Under the pieces are notes generated by a model. The model was not told the DNA's origin and searched no databases. It saw only the letters and a list, made by a program, of their open reading frames with translations. A program made the translations under genes and the position numbers. A stretch of 64,000 bases of DNA from an uncultured Muribaculaceae bacterium (GTDB lineage: Bacteria > Cyanobacteriota > Vampirovibrionia > Gastranaerophilales > Gastranaerophilaceae): contig CAZXID010000001.1 in NCBI GenBank assembly GCA_964640325.1, forward strand, positions 3,994-67,993, read 5' to 3'. Position 1 is the first letter of the stretch. Every line of letters starts with the position of its first letter. This document shows, piece by piece, positions 55,769-63,841 of this stretch.

Positions 55769-56662
55769 ATGTCAGATAAACCTAAAGTATCAATAGTAAT
55801 TCCCACATACAACCACTTAGAATGTTTTAAGCGAGCACTTTCGTCTAGTCTTGAGCAAGTTGATATTTCTTTTGAGATTATTGTTACGGATGATTCTGAT
55901 GATTGCAAAATACAAGATTATATTTCTAAAGTTAACGATAATAGAATTAAGTATTATAAAAATCCAACTCGCCTTGGCTCCCCAGAAAATTGGAATGAAG
56001 GAATTAGAAAAGCAACAGGTGAATACATAAAAATTTTACATCAAGATGATTGGTTTTTTAATGAAAATTCGTTGTCTAAATTTGTAAATTTACTTGATGA
56101 AAACCCGGAGAGTTATTTTGCTTATGCAAAAAGTATTAATGTCGATATTGAGACAGGAAAAATTAAACGTAGAAATCCAAAAAAATATCTTAATTCAATC
56201 AAAAAAGATTGTTTCCTATTATTTTTTAATAATCGAATTGGATCGCCTAGTGTAACTATTTTTAGAAACAATGGGCGTTGCTTTGATAAAAATCTTAAAT
56301 GGGTTGTGGATATAGATTTTTATATAGCTTCCCTATTAAAAAATAATAATATAGCTTATTGTGATGAAGTCTTAATTAACATTGGAATTTCACAATATCA
56401 AATAACAAATAGTTGCCTTAATAATAAGCAAATTGAAATATACGAACAATTTTATCTCTTTGATAAGTATAAGCACTTAATTCTAAGTCACCAAAAATTT
56501 GAAAAAGAATTAAAGAAGTTGTTAAACCGCTTTAACATAAAGACTTTTTCAGAACTCATTGATATAATTCCAGAAAAAATGGTGCCGGTAGCATTTCAGA
56601 ACAAATTATCAAAAAGCTCTTATCTTCTAAATATTAAAAACTCAATAAAGCATCCTTTTTAA
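55769..56662 (+). CDS. Family 2 glycosyltransferase
   Basis: VSIVIPTYN, TDDSDD (DxD) and GSPSVTIF motifs. Visibly more AT-rich than the flanking housekeeping genes. Confidence 0.85.
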   Translation: MSDKPKVSIVIPTYNHLECFKRALSSSLEQVDISFEIIVTDDSDDCKIQDYISKVNDNRIKYYKNPTRLGSPENWNEGIRKATGEYIKILHQDDWFFNENSLSKFVNLLDENPESYFAYAKSINVDIETGKIKRRNPKKYLNSIKKDCFLLFFNNRIGSPSVTIFRNNGRCFDKNLKWVVDIDFYIASLLKNNNIAYCDEVLINIGISQYQITNSCLNNKQIEIYEQFYLFDKYKHLILSHQKFEKELKKLLNRFNIKTFSELIDIIPEKMVPVAFQNKLSKSSYLLNIKNSIKHPF

Positions 56663-56729
56663 TTAAATTAAACAAATATTCTAAAAAATGGGAATAGGTG
56701 GAGTAATTTTTGTAAACCCCAAAATATTT

Positions 56730-56758
56730 AGGGCTCAAATTATCATTAGCCCTTTTTA
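56730..56758 (+). terminator. Terminator hairpin after the GT2 gene
   Basis: AGGGCT / AGCCCT stem followed by TTTTT. Confidence 0.5.
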
Positions 56759-57081
56759 TTAAAATTTATTTTATTTAATCTCCAACATTCTTTCATAAAA
56801 AGATATCAATAGGATTAACTTTTGTAATGGAAACATATTTCCACTTCATTATAACAGTTACAGAATAATATTTGGATTTTAATAAAAAAACGCTGGAAAC
56901 TTTTTACAAGTGTTAATTTTGCAGACTTTATCTCTAAGAACTCAGGAATATAATAGATTTATCCGCCAAGAAAATATTTGTCAATAAAACAACCTGAAAA
57001 CTCAATCATACAGATGATTTTTGCCATATATCGCCTTGGAGGGTAATTGTTTATAAGTCATTTCTATTTTGCTCTATTAAT

Positions 57082-57096
57082 GTTCAATATGTGAAC
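57082..57096. promoter_or_regulatory. Palindrome GTTCA-N5-TGAAC about 30 nt upstream of the Ner-like gene (candidate operator)
   Basis: Read directly from the sequence. Confidence 0.35.
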
Positions 57097-57124
57097 GTAG
57101 ACTGGAATAGAAGAGGATAGCAAA

Positions 57125-57337
57125 ATGAAGGACAGTGTAAGGCCCAAGGTCTACTGGCTAAAGATGACTCTTGATGTTTTAGAGATCAAACAGTCAGAAA
57201 TCGCCAGAGAGCTAAAATTATCCCCGGGGCAAATAAGTAAGCTAATAAACTGTGAACAAAATAATTCAAAATTTGATGAATGGGTTTCGAAGCAAATAAC
57301 TAAAAGAGGTCTACTCATAACGAGGAACAATGATTAA
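57125..57337 (+). CDS. Small HTH DNA-binding protein (Ner/Cro-like early regulator)
   Basis: HTH segment IKQSEIARELKLSPGQISKLIN. AGAGGA RBS. Lies immediately upstream of, and overlapping, the transposase gene. Confidence 0.65.
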   Translation: MKDSVRPKVYWLKMTLDVLEIKQSEIARELKLSPGQISKLINCEQNNSKFDEWVSKQITKRGLLITRNND

Positions 57338-59243
57338 AGAAAATTGGGTTGATATAAATAAATTATCTGACATCCTAGGAGTTTTGAAAGAAACTCTCCG
57401 TAGAAATTGCTTAGCATCCAAATACATTTTTAAAACTCAAAAAGCAGGTAAATATAAGCATTACCAAATTTTAGTATCCTCTCTTCCGCAAGAATATCAA
57501 GATAAATATACTAATTTTTTAACCCCCAAAGACAACTGTCTTGATTTTGAAGTTTATTCCAATGTCCCTGAATGGGCAAGAAAACAAGCGGATAAATATT
57601 TAAACTTGATTAGTTTAACAGCAAAAATGTCACACCAACAAGTTAAAGCATTTTTATTAAAATGGAACACAGAAAACCCTCAAAATACGGCTTCATATCA
57701 AAGTTTAATGAGAGCAAAGAAAAATTATGAACTACAAGGAATATTGGGTTTGCTTTCAAAACGCGGACATAATTCTCATAAAAATAAAATTGTTTCGGAG
57801 TACCTTGAATACTTTAAATCCCTATATTTAAAAGAAGGTGCTCCTTCAAGTTATATCTGTTGGCGAATGACATTAGGTTTTGCAAGAACGCATCAAATGA
57901 TTCCTCTTGAGCAATTTCCTTGTGCTCGTTCGTTTACAAGAAGGGTTGAAAAAGAAATTCCAGAACAGGCGATTTATCTTTCCCGATACGGACAACAGGC
58001 TTGGAATAAAAAATACGCAAAGTATGTTTCAAGAGATTATTCAGAAGTGCTTGCCGGAAGTTTTTGGGTTTCTGACCACGCACAAATTGATGTTGCGGTT
58101 ATGGTAAACGGAAAAGTTTATTTCCCTTGGGTTACGGTTTTTAGAGATATTAAAACTTTAAAATGGCTCGGGTGGTATTTACACTTTGAAAGTCCAAATT
58201 CTGACCATATTTTTCAAGCATTTTACTATGCGGCAATTCTATTTGGTTTGCCGGAGGATATTTATCTTGATAACGGAAAAGATTATCGCTGCAAGGATTT
58301 CGCAGGTGGCAGAAGTATTATAAAAGCTGACTTTGATAAGAATAAATCAATCTCAATGCTTAGTTATTTGAATATCAATGTGCATTTTGCATTGCCGTAT
58401 AATGCCCAAACAAAACCTGTAGAACGTGATTTTCTTAAAATTAAAACATTTTTATCAAAGAATTTTATAGGTTACAGAGGCGGAAATGCAGTTGAAAGAC
58501 CTGAGAAATTAGCAAAAGAAATTAAAGAAAATAAGATTATGGGATTTGATGAATTTAAACCTCTATTTGACGATTTTATCGTAAATGTTTTAAATAAAAT
58601 GCCGTCTAATGGGAAAAATTTAAAAGGTAGATGCCCCGATGAACTTTGGGCGGAAGAATTTAAAATCAAAAAAGTTATGAATAAAAATGCTCTTAAACTT
58701 TTCTGTATGCGAGTTTCAAGAACATTCACAATCGGCAGAAACGGAATCTTTGACAGCGAGTTGAACATAACATATTGGGCTGAGTGGATGATTGCAAAGA
58801 AAGGCAAAAAAGTTTATTTAAGACGGAATCCGAAAGCCTATCAGGATACTTGGGTTTTTGATGTAAGTAATGACGAATGTTTAGGCAAAGCGAAATTGAG
58901 TGTTTCGGCTAAATTCATTGCCGGTACTAATATTGATAAATCGGCTTTAAAAGAAATTTACGCAGAAAAGAAAAAAGAGCAAAAGGCACTGAAAGAATAC
59001 ATCAAAACTCAGTACTATCCTTCAAATGCGGAATTGGTAGAAAATTTAAAACGCAGTCTTGATAAAGCAGATTTTAATAGCGATGTCAAAGTTTCAAAAA
59101 TTGCAAATACAAAAATGGATGAAGTTATAAACATCCAAAGAAATAAAGAAAAAGTTACTACAAAATACGTTACCGAACTTGAACCAAAGAGAAAAATTTA
59201 TTTGAGTGAGAGTGAGAAAAGACGTGCTCAACAAGCAATGTAA
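57330..59243 (+). CDS. MuA-like DDE transposase
   Basis: N-terminal HTH region. Candidate catalytic residues in WVSDHAQIDV, IYLDNGKDY and PYNAQTKPVERDF, the last closely resembling the Mu A GQAKPVERAF segment. 637 aa. Confidence 0.8.
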   Translation: MIKENWVDINKLSDILGVLKETLRRNCLASKYIFKTQKAGKYKHYQILVSSLPQEYQDKYTNFLTPKDNCLDFEVYSNVPEWARKQADKYLNLISLTAKMSHQQVKAFLLKWNTENPQNTASYQSLMRAKKNYELQGILGLLSKRGHNSHKNKIVSEYLEYFKSLYLKEGAPSSYICWRMTLGFARTHQMIPLEQFPCARSFTRRVEKEIPEQAIYLSRYGQQAWNKKYAKYVSRDYSEVLAGSFWVSDHAQIDVAVMVNGKVYFPWVTVFRDIKTLKWLGWYLHFESPNSDHIFQAFYYAAILFGLPEDIYLDNGKDYRCKDFAGGRSIIKADFDKNKSISMLSYLNINVHFALPYNAQTKPVERDFLKIKTFLSKNFIGYRGGNAVERPEKLAKEIKENKIMGFDEFKPLFDDFIVNVLNKMPSNGKNLKGRCPDELWAEEFKIKKVMNKNALKLFCMRVSRTFTIGRNGIFDSELNITYWAEWMIAKKGKKVYLRRNPKAYQDTWVFDVSNDECLGKAKLSVSAKFIAGTNIDKSALKEIYAEKKKEQKALKEYIKTQYYPSNAELVENLKRSLDKADFNSDVKVSKIANTKMDEVINIQRNKEKVTTKYVTELEPKRKIYLSESEKRRAQQAM

Positions 59244-59252
59244 GGATATTTT

Positions 59253-60131
59253 ATGAAATTACAAGATGAATTAAAAAAGTTAATTAAAGAGAAAGAATAT
59301 ACGCTTTCCTATGTCAGCCGTGCAATAAATATGTCAAATGCAACCCTGCACCTTTGGTTAGGCGGAACTTATACCGGGAATGTTAAAAAGATTGATGAGG
59401 CTGTCAAAAATTTTCTTGAAATAGAAAAACTGAGAGAAAAGAAAATCAGCATTGAATTTGTAAACACAAGCATTGTAGAAGATGTTTACGATGTGGCAAG
59501 AGTTTGCCACGTGGACGGCGAGATTGGCGTTTGTTGTGGTGAGCCTGGGGTAGGTAAGACTTATGCCGTAAAAAAATATGCGATTGAAAACACCGATGTA
59601 ATTTTGATTGAGGCTGACCTTGGCTACACCACGAAAGTTTTATTCTCCGAAATTCATAAGAAAATAGGGTTTGATGGGCTTGGAACCATCCACAATATGT
59701 TGCAAGACATAATAACAAAATTAAAATCTTCCGGCAGATTAATAATAGTTGATGAGGCTGAACATCTTCCTTATAAGGCTTTAGACCTATTAAGAAGAAT
59801 TTACGACAAGGCTAACATTGGGATTTTGCTTGTCGGAATGCCACGTTTGATTATGAATTTACGAGGTGAAAAAAGGCAATATGCACAATTGTTTTCGAGA
59901 GTTGGAATATCTACCAAGTTAACAGGCTTAACGCCGGCTGATACCAAGGAAATTATTCGCTCAGTTTTACCTGAAAATAAAGAAGTTTACAAACTTCTTT
60001 ATGAAAATTGTGCAGGAAATACAAGGGTTTTGGTGAAACTTCTTGTGCGAGCTATTAAGCTTGCACAAATAAATAATACCAAAATCGATAAAGAAATAAT
60101 TCACGCAAGTATAAACCAAATAATAATTTGA
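59253..60131 (+). CDS. MuB/TniB-like AAA+ transposition ATPase
   Basis: N-terminal HTH, Walker A GEPGVGKT, Walker B LIIVDEAEHL. Lies directly after the transposase. Confidence 0.8.
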   Translation: MKLQDELKKLIKEKEYTLSYVSRAINMSNATLHLWLGGTYTGNVKKIDEAVKNFLEIEKLREKKISIEFVNTSIVEDVYDVARVCHVDGEIGVCCGEPGVGKTYAVKKYAIENTDVILIEADLGYTTKVLFSEIHKKIGFDGLGTIHNMLQDIITKLKSSGRLIIVDEAEHLPYKALDLLRRIYDKANIGILLVGMPRLIMNLRGEKRQYAQLFSRVGISTKLTGLTPADTKEIIRSVLPENKEVYKLLYENCAGNTRVLVKLLVRAIKLAQINNTKIDKEIIHASINQIII

Positions 60132-60137
60132 GGATAA

Positions 60138-60377
60138 ATGACAAGATTAGAAGAAGCGGATTGCGAGCAGAGAGCGAAGTGTTGTCGATGTTGGCTTGTG
60201 AGAGCAAGACAAGCAGGACAACACGAAGACTCGTTTATCGCGAGCAACCAAGAAATGTTTTACATATTTTTAATAGCACTGGCAATTTTTGTTGTTGGAG
60301 TTCAAGTTGGAATACATCACGGAAGAGAATTGGCGGCGAGAGAGGAGTGTCAATATGATTTCTTTCTCGCAAATTAA
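60138..60377 (+). CDS. Small hypothetical protein with one TM helix (uncertain; the 5' half coincides with a GC-rich hairpin region)
   Basis: GAGGA RBS 5 nt before the ATG. The C-terminal half MFYIFLIALAIFVVGVQVGI is hydrophobic. A competing ORF 60128..60358 lies in another frame. Confidence 0.4.
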   Translation: MTRLEEADCEQRAKCCRCWLVRARQAGQHEDSFIASNQEMFYIFLIALAIFVVGVQVGIHHGRELAAREECQYDFFLAN

Positions 60378-60900
60378 ACAAATCCACGCTCTAAAAGCTA
60401 TTTTAGGATTGAATGATGAAATATACAAAGAAATACTTATGAGTTTTGGGGTTACGAGTTGCAAGGATTTAACTTTCACCGAGGCAAAAATTTTACTTGA
60501 AATACTATCAGAAAAAGCTATTGCCGCGGGAAAATGGCAAAAACCTGACAGCAAGTTTTCCGAACTTGAAAAACGCTCCAATTCAATGGCAAGCCCCGCT
60601 CAATTGAGAAAAATTGAAGCGATGTGGAGAGATTTGTGCTTTGAAAAAACTTACAAAGAAGCTAAAAAGACTTTGAGAAAATTTATTCAAAACCATTTCA
60701 AAGTCAGCGACATCAGATTTATTGATAAAGCTACCGCATCAAAAATTATACATGTTATAGACAAAATTCAAAGTGAAAAAATTTCTCACTATTTACATCC
60801 CAAGCCGGTAAAAAATAAAAAATCGTATTATCGTGAGGCCATTTTTCACGAAAACAAGTTTTCGAAAAAAGAAGGCAAGAAAGTATTAAATGCGTATTAA
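60355..60900 (+). CDS. gemA: GemA / Mu gp16-like protein (DUF1018)
   Basis: ISFSQIKQIHALKAILGLNDEIYKEILMSFGVTSCKDLTFTEAKILLEIL ... ASPAQLRKIEAMW is the typical GemA pattern. The ATG at 60355 follows GAGGAG. The ORF track starts earlier, at 60289. Confidence 0.7.
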   Translation: MISFSQIKQIHALKAILGLNDEIYKEILMSFGVTSCKDLTFTEAKILLEILSEKAIAAGKWQKPDSKFSELEKRSNSMASPAQLRKIEAMWRDLCFEKTYKEAKKTLRKFIQNHFKVSDIRFIDKATASKIIHVIDKIQSEKISHYLHPKPVKNKKSYYREAIFHENKFSKKEGKKVLNAY

Positions 60901-60935
60901 ACGTATGTTAACAGTCAATTAAAAAGGAGGCAAAA

Positions 60936-61169
60936 ATGAACGAACAGGCACAAATTTTAGAAGCAATTAACAATGAAATTGGGACATTAGAAGAAGATTT
61001 AAAGCAGGCAAAAATTGAATATGCCGACATTGAATTAGATTCAAATGATTGGCATTGCAAAACTGAGCGTAAAATCAAATGCAAAGTTATCGAAGGTAAA
61101 ATCGAAATTTTGTGGAAAATGAAAAGGCACGTTGATGGAATCTTTACTCAAATCTTAGCGAGAGTTTAG
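60936..61169 (+). CDS. Small hypothetical protein (coiled-coil N-half)
   Basis: AAGGAGG RBS. 77 aa. No recognisable domain. Confidence 0.5.
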   Translation: MNEQAQILEAINNEIGTLEEDLKQAKIEYADIELDSNDWHCKTERKIKCKVIEGKIEILWKMKRHVDGIFTQILARV

Positions 61170-61250
61170 AGCGAAACAGGAGGCTAACATTGCAAGCTTC
61201 CTGTATTAAGGTTATGCCTTAACTGATGAGCTCATAATTTAAGGAGATTT

Positions 61251-61568
61251 ATGGAAAATAAAGAATCGTGGATGGATGAAATAACAATAGAAACATTGCC
61301 AACTTATGAACTGCAACTTTTAGCTGAAAGGTGCGGGCTTGATGTAATAATAAAAATCCTTGACGAGGCTACAGGTCTGATAATTCAAGTTCCAACAAAT
61401 CCGTTTAAAAAAGCTAAAGCGAATTATATTATAAAAAAATATGATGGCACGACTAAATCAATATCAAGATTAGCAATGGAATGCGATGTAAGTATTTCGT
61501 ACATAAAAAAATTATTGAAAGAAAATGGAAAAATTAAAAGTAATAATAATTTCATACTTCCAGCTTAA
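61251..61568 (+). CDS. mor: Mor-family transcriptional activator
   Basis: ~105 aa with a C-terminal HTH (SISRLAMECDVSISYIKKLLKE) and the upstream IIQVP motif. Its position after GemA matches Mu. Confidence 0.65.
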   Translation: MENKESWMDEITIETLPTYELQLLAERCGLDVIIKILDEATGLIIQVPTNPFKKAKANYIIKKYDGTTKSISRLAMECDVSISYIKKLLKENGKIKSNNNFILPA

Positions 61569-61580
61569 CACATATCCCTA

Positions 61581-61604
61581 GCCCTCGAAAGAGGGCATTT
61601 TTTT
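61581..61604 (+). terminator. Rho-independent terminator after mor
   Basis: GCCCTC-GAAA-GAGGGC followed by ATTTTTTT. Confidence 0.8.
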
Positions 61605-61774
61605 GCCAAATAAATAGAGCTCCTTTGGAGGAAGAAGCTCGGCAGTTGTATAAATTAAATCATGCTCATGTTAACCATGTTTTTTTCATAATGCAAATGC
61701 TTAACAATTTAAAAACAAATAGCTACATCCCGCTCGGGAATATTCACTTGACTTTTTAATAAAATCGGTTACAA

Positions 61775-61792
61775 TGTTACTGTACGGTAACA
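61775..61792. promoter_or_regulatory. Palindrome TGTTAC-N6-GTAACA upstream of hipB (candidate HipB operator)
   Basis: Perfect 6-bp arms. An additional GGTTACA half-site lies at 61767-61773. About 35 nt upstream of the hipB ATG. Confidence 0.45.
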
Positions 61793-61827
61793 AGGTTAAA
61801 ATACTTTTAATTTCAAAGGAATAGCCA

Positions 61828-62031
61828 ATGATTATAAAAAAAGTTGAAGATATTGCACAAATTATCAAAGAAGCAAGAATTAGGCAAGATTTAACCCAAG
61901 TAAAATTGGCACAGCTCTGCGGCGTTGGAACACGGTTTATAATCGATTTAGAAAAGGCAAAACCGACTTGTCAAATTGATAAAATATTAAAAGTAATAGT
62001 CGGACTTGGAATAAAATTAAGTGGCGAATAA
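61828..62031 (+). CDS. hipB: XRE-family HTH antitoxin (HipB-like)
   Basis: 67 aa. HTH LTQVKLAQLCGVGTRFIIDLEKAKP. Overlaps hipA by 11 nt. Confidence 0.8.
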   Translation: MIIKKVEDIAQIIKEARIRQDLTQVKLAQLCGVGTRFIIDLEKAKPTCQIDKILKVIVGLGIKLSGE

Positions 62032-63241
62032 AAGAGTTAGAAAATTATCGGTACGATTATACGGAAAAGAAGTAGGCATTCTTGAAGAACGCTTAGGTAA
62101 AATGCGTTTTAAATATAATGAAGATGCAACAATTCCTTTATCTTTAAGCCTGCCGATTAAAAAGACAGCTTATTCTGAAAAAGCCTGTAAAGGTTATTTC
62201 GGAGGCTTGTTACCTGAAAGTGCAGATATAAGAAAAATTATTGGAATGCAAAATAAAATAAATGCCAATAATGATTTTGCAATGCTTGGAGCAATAGGAA
62301 AAGATTGCGCTGGTGCAGTCTCATTCCATGGAATTGAAGAGGCTGAGCGCGATGAAAAAGATTTATTGATTGATGGCGATATTTTATCAGAGAAAGAGCT
62401 AGAAGAACATATTTTAAATTTACCCAGAAAACCTTTATCTTCCGGTAGAAAATTATCCTTAGCAGGTGCTCAACAAAAAACAGCTGTTAGTATAATTAAT
62501 GATAAAATTGGACTTGCTAAAGAGGGAAGTCCGACCACTCATATTTTAAAACCTGCAATGAAAGAATTTAAGCAAACTGTTGCTAATGAATATATTTGCA
62601 TGAAGGCTGCAAAAGCTTGTGGGCTCTTAGTGCCGAATGTAGAAATGAAAAAAATTAACTCAACTGAATTCTTTTTAATAGAAAGATACGATAGAGTTAT
62701 TCAAGGAGCTAAAATAAAAAGGCTTCAGCAAGAGGATTTCACTCAATCCTTAGGAATTTGGTCTGATAATAAATATGAGGTAACGATTAAAGACTGCGAA
62801 AAAGTTTTGATGATGCTGGCAAGACCTGCGATAAGTAAAGCACAGTTTGTTGAGTACCTTATTTTTAATTATTTAATAGGCAATTGCGATGCACATGGCA
62901 AAAATTTTTCTATATTATATAAAGAAAATGGAGAACTTGAATTAACACCTGCTTATGATGTTTTATGCACTTCTATATATGAAGAGCTGGATTCATTTAT
63001 GGCGATGAAAATCGGTAAAACCAATATTATAAATGAGGTCACAATCAAAGACTGGCGTACTTTTGCAAAGCAGCTTGATATTAACCCAAACTTTGTAGAA
63101 GAAACTTTATTGAAGCAATCGAAGAAGCTTCCTATTGAGCTTGAAAAAATAGTAAAAAATCTTGATATTGAAATAGGATATGATATTTTAGAATTTGTTA
63201 CCAAAAACTGCCGAAGAGTACAATCAAAACTATCAATATAG
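62021..63241 (+). CDS. hipA: HipA-family serine/threonine kinase toxin
   Basis: N-terminal couple_hipA region (LSVRLYGKEVGILEE), LAGAQQKTAV, HILKP, catalytic IGNCDAHGKNFS and LTPAYDVLCT motifs, all intact. Confidence 0.85.
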   Translation: MANKRVRKLSVRLYGKEVGILEERLGKMRFKYNEDATIPLSLSLPIKKTAYSEKACKGYFGGLLPESADIRKIIGMQNKINANNDFAMLGAIGKDCAGAVSFHGIEEAERDEKDLLIDGDILSEKELEEHILNLPRKPLSSGRKLSLAGAQQKTAVSIINDKIGLAKEGSPTTHILKPAMKEFKQTVANEYICMKAAKACGLLVPNVEMKKINSTEFFLIERYDRVIQGAKIKRLQQEDFTQSLGIWSDNKYEVTIKDCEKVLMMLARPAISKAQFVEYLIFNYLIGNCDAHGKNFSILYKENGELELTPAYDVLCTSIYEELDSFMAMKIGKTNIINEVTIKDWRTFAKQLDINPNFVEETLLKQSKKLPIELEKIVKNLDIEIGYDILEFVTKNCRRVQSKLSI

Positions 63242-63320
63242 GTATATTCCTGAACGGTAACAATATTCAACTAATTGCACTTTAATGCCTTAATTATTAC
63301 CGTACGGGGAATTTAAAATA

Positions 63321-63638
63321 TTAAAACAAAATTTCTTTAATATATTTTTTAAGTCTATCAATATCAATTTTAAATTCACCCTCTGCTGCGGAAGCTTTAT
63401 GCCTATAAGTTGCGTAGTGGCTGAGTCCGTTTGGTGTGTTCATTTCTGAATAAGGGATTGAGTAAATCAGTTCCCATTTTTCATCTTTCAAGATATAAGC
63501 TCTCGCGTAGCATTGCATATCGTAAGAATCGGATTTAATTTCAAGTTTGATTTTTTTGTTTTCCAACCCATAAATTTCTCTAAAATTTATGGATTGAGTT
63601 CCTTTGTAGGTGATTTTTTCGATTGTTGCTTCTTTCAT
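63321..63638 (-). CDS. Hypothetical protein (105 aa)
   Basis: Clean ORF, AAGGACGG RBS-like sequence, 14-nt spacing from the upstream gene. No recognisable domain. Confidence 0.5.
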   Translation of the reverse strand: MKEATIEKITYKGTQSINFREIYGLENKKIKLEIKSDSYDMQCYARAYILKDEKWELIYSIPYSEMNTPNGLSHYATYRHKASAAEGEFKIDIDRLKKYIKEILF

Positions 63639-63652
63639 TTTGCCGTCCTTTC

Positions 63653-63841
63653 TTAATCTTCAACGGGGCTGATGTTATCCATCGCTGTGTTATATTTATT
63701 ACCTTTTGAATCAACGCAGGTTGCGAAGTCTACTTTATCGTCAGCGTAAACATTAACCCATGTTGATATTAACAATCCAACTTCTTGTTTTTTGTGGTTG
63801 TAAATTTTTGTTCCGTACATTGTGTAATCTTTGTCTGTCAT
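63653..63841 (-). CDS. Hypothetical small protein (62 aa)
   Basis: The ATG at 63841 lies 8 nt after AAGGAG. The ORF-track version (to 63949) starts further upstream at a non-ATG codon without an RBS. Confidence 0.5.
   Translation of the reverse strand: MTDKDYTMYGTKIYNHKKQEVGLLISTWVNVYADDKVDFATCVDSKGNKYNTAMDNISPVED

Noticed and set aside
60128-60358. 76-aa ORF overlapping the 60138-60377 ORF in another frame
   Set aside because: Its start overlaps the MuB stop codon (ATTTGA) and it has no RBS. Its product is Arg/Ser-rich with no hydrophobic or recognisable features. The alternative frame has a GAGGA RBS, and even that call is low-confidence.
63245-63264. Possible right end of the Mu-like element (…GGTAACA, the inverse of the TGTTAC at the candidate left end)
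   Set aside because: Only 6 nt match the left-end candidate and the following bases are unrelated. The motif is better explained as a half-site of the hipB-proximal palindrome.
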